Assembly (NCBI GenBank): GCA_963575745.1
Contig: CAUYUJ010000296.1
Coordinates: 1-63,908, forward strand
Reading direction: 5' to 3'
Length of the DNA: 63,908 bases
Source of the DNA: Prorocentrum cordatum
Taxonomy: Eukaryota
Positions 20,175 to 35,244 of the stretch are shown piece by piece (the stretch's first letter is position 1; the number at the start of each line of letters is the position of its first letter). The notes beneath the pieces were generated by a model. That model was given only the letters and a program-made list of their open reading frames with translations. It did no database searches and had not been told where the DNA came from. Made by a program: the position numbers and the translations under genes.

Positions 20175-22915
20175 TTGAGCCCCAGAGAGGCACTGGACCC
20201 ACGCCCCCGGCGACTCGAGTCCTGGCGCGTCCCGGCGAGCGGCGGGCACACCGAGGCGACCCCCGAGTCCTCCTGTGCCCCGCGGGGCCCTCCAGGGGGA
20301 CGAGGGCCAGGGCGAGAGATCCGAGGCCTTCTTGCATGGCCAATGCTGGCCCCCCCCCCCCCCCGAAGTTCCGACCCGCTCCCCCGTGGCAGGCCTCTCC
20401 TCCCGAGCAGTCTTTGACGGTCCCGGGGCCCGGCGCAGGCCCCCAGAGGGGCCGAGCACGGAGAGCAGTCCCCGCATGGAGCTTCATCTTGCAGGGCGGT
20501 GGGGGTCAAGCGAGGGAGGAAGGAGGGTCGGATTGGGAGAGCGGGCCCGGCGAAGGCCCCCAGAGCCCGAGCATGGCAAACGAGCCTCGCACCGAGATCT
20601 GCAAGGTGTTGGGGGTCCAACGGAGGAGGAAGGAGGAGGAGGAGGAGGAGGAGGAGGAGGATGAGGAGGGAGGGAGGAGGAGGGAGGGAGGAGGGAGGAG
20701 GGAGGAGGGAGGAGGGAGGAGGGAGGAGGGAGGAGGGAGGAGGGAGGAGGGAGGAGGAGGAGGGAGGAGGGAGGAGGGGAGGGAGGAGGAGGGAGGAGGG
20801 AGGAGGGAGGAGGAGGGAGGAGGGAGGAGGGAGGAGGGAGGAGGAGAGGAGGAGGAGGAGGAGGAGGGAAGGAGGAGGAGGAGGGAGGAGGAGGAGGAGG
20901 AGGGAGGAGGAGGAGGAGGAGGAGGAGGAGGAGGAGGAGGAGGAGGAGGAGGAGGAGGAGGAGGAGGAGGAGGAGGAGGAGGAGGAGTCGGATTGGGAGA
21001 GTGGGCTCGTCGGGCTTCTGCTGCTGCTGCTGCTGCTGCTGATGCTGCTGCTCATCATTTGCCAAGACCTCAAGACCTGGGCACGTGAAAACAAGGATTT
21101 CACCTGAGACATCCTCTGAGGTGGATGTTTTCTCAAATTCTACGCCTGCAAAATCAGGTGGCACCGTCGCCCTTGTCGGGCTCTGGCCTGATCCAATCAA
21201 AGCTGCGGAGAGGAGAGGGTTCGAGCACATGAAAAAAGCAGGGGCAAACATTGAATGAACGCCCCCCTGGGCTGTGCTACCCTCCCTCGGCGGTATACTC
21301 GAGTTGGCCTGAGATTAATTGCGTGTATTGGGAAGTCTAACCTTTGATGGAAGCAGGTTCGACTTCCCAATACACTGAATTCTGGTCTCCAGGAGAAGAA
21401 CAATCTATAACACCAAGCAAGCGTTTCGCTCGAGACATCCTCAACACATTCTGCAGAACAAGCATTTCGCTCGAGACAGCCGCGACAGACGAACATATTC
21501 ATTTTACCATGTGTTTTATCTGTCGGGATTTCAAAAATAAGCGTTTCGACAGGGAAATCCTGACAAATTCCGCCGGCCATTCCCGACCTCGATATTTATC
21601 AGGGAATAAGGATGGGTGGTAAGGACGCAAGACCCTTGGAGGCCGAAATTGGGATTTTTTGGGCGGCGGGCGACCAGTGAAAACGGCTAAAGACGGGCCG
21701 CAGAGGCAAGGACACAAGGATTCCCTAGATGAAGGCGCGCGTCCTTGCTAGGCGCGTTGACTGTATCGGGAATGACGCAGGGGAACTCGGGGGGCGGGGG
21801 CGAAACATCAAAACCGCCAGACAATCCGATACGGCCCGTCGCTCACGGCGGACGACGCACCGCCCCTGCGAGCACCCTCGGACTGGCTCGCAGCCTAACA
21901 GGGACTGCCCAAGAGAGCCCACACCTCTCGCTCCCTGAGGTCCGACGTTGCGAGCAAAAATGCAACATCGCGAAACATCACGACTGGAGCCCTAGACTTT
22001 GTCTTTCTGCTGCAAGTCTCAAGCTGGATCGATCCGTGATAGCCCCCGGCGGACCTGAACCGAAGCAACACCGCCCGTTGCGAACACATTACGACGCCAA
22101 AATCTCAGGGGATATTCGCACAGAGCCGCCCCCCCCATAAGGTAGCCCCGGCTGGCCTCAACGGGCCCTGGGCGTAGTCCAAGCTGGCCTCAACAGGCCC
22201 CCTCGGGGGCGGCCCGAAGGTGTGGAGAACACACCAGGCTACTCGGGGGCCTGTTTGAGGCCAGCCGGGGCTACCTTGAGGGGCTAAAAAGAAGAGGGTG
22301 ATGTGGCTGACAGGCTTCATGATGCCTTGACGCCCTCGGCCGGAGGCCAGCCGGGGCTACCTGGAGGGGCTGTCTGTGCGCATCCCGAAGCCGTACGGTC
22401 GAGAACACGTGCTCAGCGTGTCGCCACGGCGGCCCTGGCGCCACGCTATGCCCTGCGAGCTGCCAGCGTGTCGCTCCGCTCCGCGGGGCGGACGGCCCGG
22501 AAAAGCTCGGGACGTCCAGAAGCGCCGCCGGCTTGGAAACGTCATTGCCACCACTGGCCAACCGTAAGGAAGGGACAGAGACATCCCAAGAGAGCTTGGG
22601 CCCAGGGGACCGGGAAGCGGACAGCACAACGCTGGGGCCCTGGGGGACCGGGACAGCGTGTGGCGCCGAAGCGGTGCCAGAACCAGCGGAGCGACACGCT
22701 AAGCCCCAAAGTTCCTGAGCGTCCCACCTCCTCCTCCTCCTGCTGCTGCTGCTGCGCTCCCGCTGGCGGACCGCTGTCCGTAGTGTGCACACACGGGCGC
22801 CCGCGGCCGCGGCCGCGCTGGATCTACCGTCGCCGTCGCCTGACATTCTCCTCCTCCTCCTGCTACTCCGCCCCCTCCGCGCCTCTGGAGCGAGGATCTT
22901 CAGAGCGGCCACCAT
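20009..22915 (-). CDS. Candidate multi-exon gene of unknown function downstream of the third SL relic (exon structure unresolved)
   Basis: Coding-looking islands between GAG tracts: ATG at 22915 (MVAALKILAPE, GC donor), ~22715-22300 (ELWGLACRS...), ~21100-20990, ~20610-20490 (QHLADLGARLVCHAR), ~20120-20009 (...SQSLMSLGLD*). Confidence 0.3.
21610..21770 (+). repeat. Dispersed element end (GACGGGCCGCAGAGGCAAGGAC...TTGACTGTA); second copy at 37918-38092
   Basis: Two similar copies, both ending in GACTG-TA like a Tc1-type terminus. Confidence 0.6.
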
Positions 22916-23825
22916 AGCGGCGGGTCCCGTGCGGGGCGCCGCTGGTCCGGGGGCGGGGGGGGAAGCTGGGGGGCAGCGAGATTCGGCCCTCCTCTTCTTT
23001 CTCCTCCTCCTCCTCCTCCTCCTTCTCCTCTTCCTCCTCCTTCTCCTCTTCCTCAGACCTCGTGCTCCTCCGTTTCCTCTGCCTCCTCCCCCTGCGAAGA
23101 CTGGCCAAAACTTATGGGCAGCCTAGCCGTCACACCCTTGATAACTGGACGCTAATCCTGAAAGGTAAACATCCGAAGTTGTTTACGTAAGAGTCGAGGG
23201 GTGACTGTCGAGACTGGTCCATTGTCTGCTCTTGCACTCGTCCTGCCAGGGGTCCTTGTTAAAGCCTCCTCCTCCTCCTCCCCCTCCTCCTCCCCCTCGC
23301 CTCCTCCTCGTCCTCCTCCTCCTTCTCCTTCCCTCTCCTCCTCCCCCCTCCTCTTCCTCCTCCTCCTCCTTCTCCTTCCCCTCCTCCTTCTCCTTCCCCT
23401 CCTCCTCTCCTTCCCCTCCTCCACCTTCCCTCCTCCTCCTCCTCCTCCTCCTTCTTCTCCTCCTCCTCCTCCTGCTCGCAAGCTTGCAACTATTTGAAAC
23501 ATGAGTACGTTTTCTTTCGCCGTGGTCGACCCCTCGGGGTCTTCGTCCGACCCCGGGCAAAAAATGACTCGGGATGATTAGCCGGCCCTGGGGAATGTGT
23601 CGGGCCTTCCAGGGACCTCGCGGTGAAGACATCAAGGCATCGGATCTCTGGCTCATCCTCCCTCCCCCTTCCTCCTCTCCCCTTCCTGCCCCTCCTCTGC
23701 GATCGCTCATCCTGACTTCTGCTCTCCTGCCGCCCCAGACGACGCCCTTGGTACACTGCCGACCTCAGCCAACTTTTGCTGGCGACGCGTCTCGCACGCT
23801 GGGTGCTCCTCAGGGCCAGGAGCGA

Positions 23826-23846
23826 TTTGAGCCAAAAAGGCTACGG
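23826..23846 (-). promoter_or_regulatory. Relic DinoSL
   Basis: CCGTAGCCTTTTTGGCTCAAA; only two mismatches to the DinoSL consensus. Confidence 0.92.
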
Positions 23847-24654
23847 CTAGGTCGGGCGTGTCCCCCTAAAGGCGGCATTTTGGCGAAACACAAATAATAA
23901 ACTTATCCCAGTGCGACCCTACCTAGGAGTTGGAGCCTCTAGGAAAGCAACATGAACAGCAGCAATAGTGGATGCTGTGCTGCGCTATGCTCTGCTATGC
24001 TATGCTCTGCTCTGCTCTACTATGCTATGCTACTCTGAGCAATGCTATACTGGGCTAGGCTAGGCTATGCTATGCTATGCTGCGCTGTGCTATGCTAAGC
24101 AATGGTATGCTATGCTATGCTATGCTATGCTGTGTTGCGCTATGCTATGTTATGCTATGCTGAGCCATGCTATGCTATGCTATGCTGTGCTAATGCTGCG
24201 CTGCGATATGCTGCGCTGCGCTGCGCTAAGCTAAGGTAAGCTAAGCTAAGCTAAGCTAAGCTAGGCCAAGCGAAGCGAAGCTAAGCTAAGTTAAGCTAAG
24301 CTAAGATGAGATACACTAAGCTAAACAAAGCTAAGCCAAGCTAGGCGAGGCAAAGCTAAGCTAAGCTAAGCTCAGCTAAGATGAGATAAGCTAAGCTAAT
24401 CTAAGCTAAGCTTAGCTAAGCTGGGTGAACCCAGGGGGCGCAACTGGGGGAACCGCGGGGCGGATCCTGGGGGAACCGCCCGGGGCGGGCAACACTGCCC
24501 GGCCCTTTGAGCCAACAGGGTAAGAACCCTCCTAGGCAGAGCCTAGGTAGGGAACAATAATCAAACATGTAGCCAAACGTAGTCGAACATCGTCCCCAGG
24601 TTATTTTTGAACTATCTTGAATATTCCTCCTGTAGAGGGACGTGCCCGACTCAA
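23847..24654. mobile_element. hAT-like MITE family J (8-bp TSD) with nested HINE-like element; uninterrupted ~160-bp copies at 29641-29801, 59278-59437, 59768-59927
   Basis: TIR GTCGGGC.TG.CC / GG.CA/GTGCCCGAC; TSD GGCTACGG (23839-23846, 24655-24662), and GGCTGGGT around the 29641 copy. Confidence 0.85.
23903..24557 (-). mobile_element. HINE-like element copy 2 with (GCTAT)n/(GCTAA)n array
   Basis: Reverse-complement homology of both unique ends to 8480-9155. Confidence 0.75.
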
Positions 24655-27283
24655 GGCTACGGAGACCCTCCGGGCACGGGCCACCTCTGCCCCATCACGG
24701 CGTGTGCCCCCGCGGCACCGCCGCCGACCGTGTCGGGATCGCCGCGCTGCCTCCGCTGGTTTCGGTGGTGGCCCTCTTTAAAGGCCTCTCTCCTCCTCCT
24801 CAGCCTCCTCCTCCTCCTCCTCCTCCTCCCTCCTCCTCCTCCTCCTCCTCCTCCTCGTCCTCCTCCTCCTCCCCTCCTCCTCTCCTCACCACCTCCTCCT
24901 CCACCACCACCTCCTCCTCCTCCTCCTCCTCCTCCTCCTCCCAGATGGGGTCGGAGCAGATGGTGCCGGAGGATCGATCCGCATCGCCGACGTCGACGTG
25001 AAGCAGATCGGGCCCCAGGTCGAGCCGCATCGGCTATGCGTCGGCGATGCGGGGCGACTTTTCGACCCCATCTACAGTCGGACTTGATTGGGCAGGACAC
25101 GCGAGAGGACACAAAACCCTTCCGCGGTCCACATTACCATAGGAATGTAGGAGACATGGGTCGCAAGGCACCGGACACGAGGGTGCCCTTGATCTGGCAG
25201 GGCCGACCTACTAATCCGGGCCGCCTCTGCTCCGACCCCGTCTGGGGAAGCCTGGGCTCTTGCCCCAGCGCGGGCCGCGCATCCGGATACAGTGCCTTCT
25301 TCTCCGCTGCCGCCCCGCCTCCTCTCCCCTCGCCCCGCGACGTGCGACGCGCGGCCATCGTCGCGCCCTCGCGCCGCCCCCCCCCCCCCTGGAGAAGGTG
25401 CAGCCGCCCTGGCGCAGACCGCGACGCGCGGTTGTCTCCACGCCCCCCGCGGGTGACCCAGCCCCTTTTTCTCCCCCCTCTCCAGCATGTGGGTGCGTAC
25501 CCTCCCGAATGCACATCGAGCGAATGGGTCGATTTCTGCAGCTGCCATTCGGAAATCAATGATTTCCAAACCATCCCGCCCGGCGGGCACAAGGGGATCT
25601 AGCGCCATGGGGAGGAACGAGTGGGAGGAGTACGATGCCAGATGTCACGCGATTAGCGCGTGTCTTTCCCCTTCCTCTCCCTCCTTCTTCTTGTTTCTCG
25701 TCCTCCTTTCCTTTCCTTTCCTTTCCTTTCCCCTCCTCTCCGTACTTGATCAACGCCTCCTCCTCCTCCTCCTCTTCCTCCTCCAACTCCTCCTCCTCCT
25801 CCTCCTCCTCCTCCTCCTGCCTCCTCCCAGGGCACCCTCCTCCTCCTCCTCCTCCTCTTCCTCCTCCTTGCTCCTGCCAGGGGGCCCTCCTCCTCTCCCC
25901 CGCCTCCTCCTCTGGGAATTGTCCTTACAATTATCTCTTCCCTGCCGCACCCCGGGACGAGTCGGTAGGGCGGGCCAGGCGTTTCGCCTGAGACCTGCTC
26001 ACCATTTGTGATCGTTCAGCTTGAAATTGGCAACCGTCTCGCAGATAGAGGGCGGGTCGCTTTCAAACTGTGGCTCTCACCTTAGCGCCGCGCACGTTCG
26101 TCTTAAGCGTTTGCAAGAGTTTGGCGGATGGAGGCCGGGCGGTTTGCAACATGTGGCTCTCGCATTAGCACCGCGTGAATTCGTCTTCACCGTTTGCACG
26201 AGCTTAACGGAGAATGAGGGACACTTCTTTTTCAAACTGTGGCTCTCGCCTTAGCGCCGCGCATATTCTTCTTATGAGTTCACAGCAGTTCAAATATTCT
26301 TATGGTTCACGTCCTCAGAATGATGTTTTGGCGCGTTCTAGGGTTGTCAAGGCGCAGCACTCACGTTGATTTGCGTGGTTGAAATCCCAAGAAGTGATTC
26401 GGCACGACTCAGAACCGCTAGGACTCAACAATCAAATTTATTCGCGGCGTTGAAATCCCAGCAATGGTGTTCCGGCACGGTCCGAGATTTTGAATAGGTT
26501 GTCTTCCAATAGGGCACTCCCCTCAGTGAAAATGAACCTTTGTAGAGACCTATGATGAGGGAACCTGGGGGGAGGGTTATTGCAACATCGCTGATGAGTC
26601 TTGGATTTACGCTGGTCCTCCTCCTCCTCCTCCTTCTCCCTCGTCCCTCGTCCCTCCTCCCTTCCCCTCCCCTCCCCCTCCCGCCCTTCCCCTTCCCGCC
26701 CTCCCCTCCTCTCCCTCCCCTCTCTTCCTGCTCCTTCTTCTTCTTCTTCTTCTTCTCCTTCTTCTTCTTCTTCTTCTTCTTCTCCCCCCCCGGGCAGACC
26801 GACGAATCACGCCGTCCCCCAGCCGCCCCCGGCCGGCCGCCGGGGGGGGGGGGGGGACCGCCCCGCGGAGGAGGCCGCCGCGCCCCCCGACCTGCTTCTG
26901 AGCCTCTGGCACTGGCGGGGGGGGCGCGCTGGCGGGGTCGCCCGCTCCGCCCCTCCGACCGGGCGCGCGCTGCCGCCCACCGCGCTCCGCCAGGGGAAGG
27001 AGCACGCAGGGAAGAAGAGCAAAAGGGCATAAGGATAACTTAAGCTTGTGGCGCTCCGCGCGGATTTCTTGGATCTGCGCTGGGCCCCCCTCCCTGGCGC
27101 GCGGAGCGTGCCAGGGGCGGCGCCAGGGGCGGCGCCGGAGGGGGGGTCAGCGCAGATCCAAGAAATCTGCGCGAAGCGCCAAAAGTTTAGGTTCATGCCA
27201 TTGTCTCTTCTTCGAATGCAGTCAGACATAGCTTGATGATGAGTTGCGTGCTCAGTGGGAGCGCAACTGCTCCATCGTTCATA

Positions 27284-27467
27284 CAGTCGGACCTAGGCCA
27301 GAATAACATCCCTCAAGAACATGAGACCCACCGCTGGCCAAGACACACAGAGCATCCTAGGGTACCCTCCCAATATGCATAAGATACATAAGAGCCGCTG
27401 GCCAAACACGAACAACACTAGGGTACCCTCCCCGAGCGGACCTCGATCCTATACCTCGGTCCGACTG
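27284..27467. mobile_element. 184-bp Tc1/mariner-type MITE (TA|CAGTCGGACC...GGTCCGACTG|TA); partial relatives at ~11137-11290 and 14240-14420
   Basis: CAGT-starting TIR, TA on both sides, internal AGGGTACCCTCCC repeats. Confidence 0.8.
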
Positions 27468-27725
27468 TACTGCTTCGTCATCTCGAAAGTCATGTCCTTG
27501 ACAGATCGAAAGGCGAGTCGAGGCCCCGATATGCAGTAGTAGAGAGCATAATCACCACTCTCATCATCAGCACCCCGACAAGCGAAGCCGTTCAGTAAGC
27601 GCACCCAAGAAAGGAATTAAGCAGGACAGGGCCTTTCAAGGCCGCTTCGTAAACTCTAATATGGAGATCGGGGTGGTTCTCCTCCTCTGAGATACGTCCA
27701 GAAGAGCGGCCCTACGAGAGCGAAG

Positions 27726-27756
<31 letters not shown>

Positions 27757-29365
27757 ACGACCACGAACTTGCACAATTTGACAACATACCTACACTCCAG
27801 AAGAAGCCAGCCGACGATGGGGGTGGGGGGGATGCAAGGACCCTCAGATCTTGGCATTGCCAAGCTTTGCATCCCAGGCGTCTTCGCCCTGTTTTGGGCC
27901 CCAGTTGGGCGTTGCTCACTTGGGTGGGCAGCGCACGGGGGGCGAGGAAGCGTGCACCTTTCGTTCCCCTTTTGGACCCCAAGGGGCCCCGTAGGGCCCC
28001 TCAGGTGCACAAGAAGTGCTCTTTTCTTCACCACCCCATGCATCGCCCACCCCACTAGGCAACGCCCGACCTGGGGCCATCACAGATCGATCCAGCTCGA
28101 GAAATGCCATAGAAAGATGGGGCCAGGGCTCTGGCCGTGATTTCTTGCGATGCTATATTTTTCGCAACGCCAGATCCCAGGGGAGGTATCGTCCATGAAC
28201 CCCTTGTTGCCCATCTGCCCTGGGCGGTCTTCGGCGGTCGTCTGGTATTCTTCGGCGCGAAATCTACATGGAGGGAGGGGGAGGGAAAGGGGGGATGGAG
28301 AGAGGCGAGGTTCACGTATCAGCGCGAAAGGATCACAGAGATGTGCTACGAGGGTGCGTGGGCTGTGGGAACCCAAGCTGAAACCTTTTTTTCAGCAAGA
28401 GTGGTCAGGGATAGTGGCTAAAGATGGGCCGAGGATGCAAGAATGAGAGGGTGCCTTTGACAGCTACTCCTTATCATCCTTCCTGAACGTCTTCGACGAT
28501 GGCCCCTTGTTATCCATCGGCCTTGGGCGATCTTCGGCGATCTTCTGATGGTCTTCGGCGACCTCCAGCAGTCTTCGGTGAGACGCCTAGGCGAACGTTT
28601 TTTTGATTCGGCGTCTCGACATTGGGCGGAAGGGGGGGAGAGGGGGGGGGGTCTGGCTCTGGACCCCTGCTGAATGCGACCGTTTGCAACAGTGCGTCCC
28701 ATGGGGGGAGACTCCACCTGCTTGAAACGGGCGCCAATAACAGCCAATATCTACTCCGTGGGGGGGGGGAGGGGGTCGAGGGTCCGCGCGGATCGGCAAA
28801 ACAATGAATAAGAAAACGGTCATTAGAAGGCTGTGTGAAAGAAAGAGTCCACGATTGAGCACCCGAGTACACGTCGTTCATTTCTAATCGTGCTCGTTTC
28901 TCATTGTGCTCGTTTCACATTGTTCCTGGCCCTCTATGTAGTGCCCAGGAAGAGGCCCAGGATAGAACTACTAGAAAGGACAGGATCTTGCCCCCCCCCC
29001 AAAATCAAGAACTTTCAGAAATGAGCAATGTGTAAGTCTGGCCACGACGGAGCCCGGGGGCGGCAAGCCGACGCTCGGCGAAGAGCGAGACGCGGATCGG
29101 ACGCGAACGCCCTTCCCGGCCACAAGCCGTGTCGATACGTCTCCTGGCCGCTCCGACGCGCGGCCGCGAAAGCTCGGACGGGTGAGCGGACCTAGCGAGA
29201 CGAAACGATGGCATCGACGACGAAACGACCGCGCAACGATCGTGACCACGACGACGATTTGAGCCCCCGACCGCGATCGCCGATCGCAACGACGAGGAAG
29301 CGACGGTGATTACGACGACGACGATGCTTCACGTCCCCTGCCTCTCTCGACATCGTTTTGTTGTC

Positions 29366-29402
<37 letters not shown>

Positions 29403-31379
29403 TTGTTGTTGTTGTTGTAATCTCGATGATGTCCGTTATCAGGGTCGCCCTTCCCCCCTCCCTCCTCCCCCGTAATGTCACGCTTTGCGCCAACGCCGTC
29501 TGGGAATGGCGAATGACCAGCAGCCACTTCCCGGAAGGCGCTGGCGCAAATCCTGACGCTACCGACCCCTTCCCCCTCCTCCCCGCAACTCTTGTCATCG
29601 CCAGGGGATGCAAGGAAGCTGGAAACACACACGGCTGGGTTTTGGTCGGGCATGCCCCCCTAGACGCAGATTTTGGAGGAAGAATCAAAAATAGTCCAGC
29701 AAAAAATAAAAAACTGTCAAAACATAGTCGAAACATCGTCCCCAGACTATTTTCTGACTATTTTGGGAGATTTCTCCTGCAGAGGGGCATGCCCGACTTC
29801 AGGCTGGGTTCACATGTGAAACATCCGCAGGCCACGCGCTGGATACCCATGCGGAAGCCCAGCGTGGACGGCCATGAGAAGCACTGAGGGCTGGAAAGAC
29901 ATGCGGCCACGTGCGCATCTGGTCCTCGCCCGAGCTGGTCGCGTTGTGTGTGTGTGTGTGTGTGTCCAGCCAGCTGGTACAACAGATGGCCGAAGGAGGT
30001 AGAAGGGCGATGATGACATCTCGCAACAAGAACAGCACAACGAAGGATCACGGAAGGATCACGGCCGGAGCACGATGACCCCCAAACCTTCTGGGGCACG
30101 CCTCGAGCTGTGCCGATCTGTGGGGGCCCCTGGGCCGGAAACTGTCTGTGGTAACTCCCAGGAGCCTCTCATACCATCTTGCTGGCTTCTGTGAGTCGAA
30201 GCAAATCGACGCTCGTCGACGCCAAATCGACGCTGATCGACGTTAATCCGGCGCTCTCTCATCGACTACCAAGCGCTAGCGCACGCTAGCGCACCCGGAA
30301 GACGGAATTGCAAGGCCGTGCAAGGCTCCCGTGACTCTTGCTACTGGAGAAAACTGGGCGAGAACGCCGGGTGTGCAGCCACTGCGACGCCAAGATCTCC
30401 TGGGGGGAAAATGACGGCGTGATAGTTCCCCCGCGTAGGCCCCGCAAGTCTAGTGCCCAGCACAGTTTTTTCATCCCGAGCCGATGTTCGACAGCCTGGG
30501 GGCTTCGCGAGGCCTCCTGGAGACCGAAAGTTGTCCGACTCCCCCGCAGGGCTCTTTTCACGACGAGACGAGCTCTGGGGAGGGAGGATGGCGACGGCAG
30601 CTTTTCGCAGCAGCCCCTACTCGATGATCCTCAGGACGTATGTTGGCGCCAGCGTGTGCTTAGTCCACCGAAGACCTCTACGACGGCACAGCCGATGCAG
30701 CGAGGGCCGAACGGGGTAAGCACAGACTCGGCTAACCAGAGGCCTCCTGGATGGGGTCGGAGCAGGTGGGGTCGGAGGCTCGCGCCGCATCGCCGATGCA
30801 TCGTCGACGTCGGCGATGCTTCGGCGACGTCGACGTGAAGCAAATCAAGCTGCACATCGAGCCGCATCGGCGATGCATCGGCGATGCGGCGCGATCCTCC
30901 GACCACATCTACTCGGACCCCATCTGGGAGGCCTGGACCAACACGTGTCCTGAGGATCATCGACGCACATTCGACGATGCGTGTTTTTTTCAATCAGCGG
31001 GCCCAGGAGGTCTCGACCGCGTCCCCCGGCGGTAGCCTTCCGCCCCGCATCCACGCGTGATGGCCCTGGAGCCCGACAGTGGGCCCCGGAAGCCAAGAGG
31101 AGCAACCGGCGGGATAGGACAACAACCGGATCGCCGGAGATGGCAGGAGCAGCAGGAGGGGGAGGAGGGGGAGGGGGAGGAGGAGGAGGGGGAGGGAGAG
31201 GAGGAGGAGGAGGAGGAGGAGGAGGAGGAGGAGGAGGAGGAGGAGGAGGAGGAGGAGGAGGAGGGTGAGGGTGAGGGTGAGGGTCAAGCTAGCCAGCTCG
31301 AGCGAGTCAAGCATGGCATGCCCATTCCCACCCGCCCTCCCACAACATAAGAAACAGTGATGGCACAACTGGGGGCTGC

Positions 31380-34050
<2,671 letters not shown>

Positions 34051-35244
34051 GGATTGGGTCGCTATCGGCCGGAATACGACGTAGGTGGGGGTATATAATA
34101 ATAAGAAACAAGGATGAGGGGGAGGAGGAGGAGGGGGAGGGGGAGGGAGCGGGCGACGGCAGCCACTTCCTCGAGGAGGCTGGCCCCCAAGAGCACTCCA
34201 AGCTGGCCCCAAACTTCCAGCACCTTCTCGAGCTTCGGTCTTGGAGTCTCGATTTCCGGGAGGAGCCGCTGACCTCCCCAGCGGTGACCCCCGCCCTGGC
34301 ACTGCCCGATCTTCGCAATGAGCACCTGCCCCTCGTAGGGCAGCAACAAAGCGGTAGCAGTATAAGCCTTCAAAGCTCTTGGGGTCGGTGCTGGACCCCT
34401 CTCCCTCGCGCGCAGAGCGCGCCACGGGGGCCGCGGAGATCGTGCAACGCTCATGTTCATGCCGCCTTGAATTGTGCGAGACTTGCTTCCCGGCCACGCG
34501 CCTCAACGTCGGGAAGATCAGTCACGACCAGAACGCGAGCCCCCATCTCTTTCTGCTGGATCTGTTTCGAGCCGGATCGATCTGTGGCGGCCCCGGGGCT
34601 CGAAGCCTGGCGAACCCGCCGGGCGATTTCGCCCAGGCCTGGCCGCCGGCCGTTTGTCTGCGCGAGCGCAGAACTCAAATGTCTGGTTTTTTCGAGGAGG
34701 GGGTCCCTGGAAGCCTGGGCTCGCTCCCGGGATCCGGCTTTTCGTTCTGATTCTTGTCTTGACGGTCCCCGGGCGCGGCGAGGGCTTCCAGAGAGCGAGA
34801 ACTGCCAACAGAAACCTCCGTGTTGCCTTTTCAATACGTTGGATCTCGGGGACTTTTGACCAGGTTGAATCACATCTTGATGAGATAAACATGTAAGGCT
34901 CCAAGACAGCGTTTGCACTTGAAAGATGTACTCTTTCTTACCAAGCGTGTGAAAACGGACAGTCTCAATGCCAAGGGAGAGGAGGAGGAGGACGAGGAGG
35001 AGGAGGAGCAGGAGCAGGAGGAAAATGATGAGGATGAGGAGGAGGAGGACGAGGATGATGAGGAGGACGTTTCTGTAGGCTATGCGCGAACGAGCTCCGA
35101 AGCAGCGGACTAGGACAAGATCCCGCGCGCAGGGAAAGAGGATAGGTCAGTTTGAACCGGAATATTTCGAACCTTGAGTTTAATTCGAAGATGAAGCCGG
35201 ATCTAACAGCTTTGGCACGAGCGCCGAGCCAATGGAGTAGCCAT

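Noticed and set aside
23826..23847. SL RNA gene
   Set aside because: None of the SL matches is followed by the GT-starting SL intron; they sit upstream of protein-coding sequence and carry mismatches, so they are relics.
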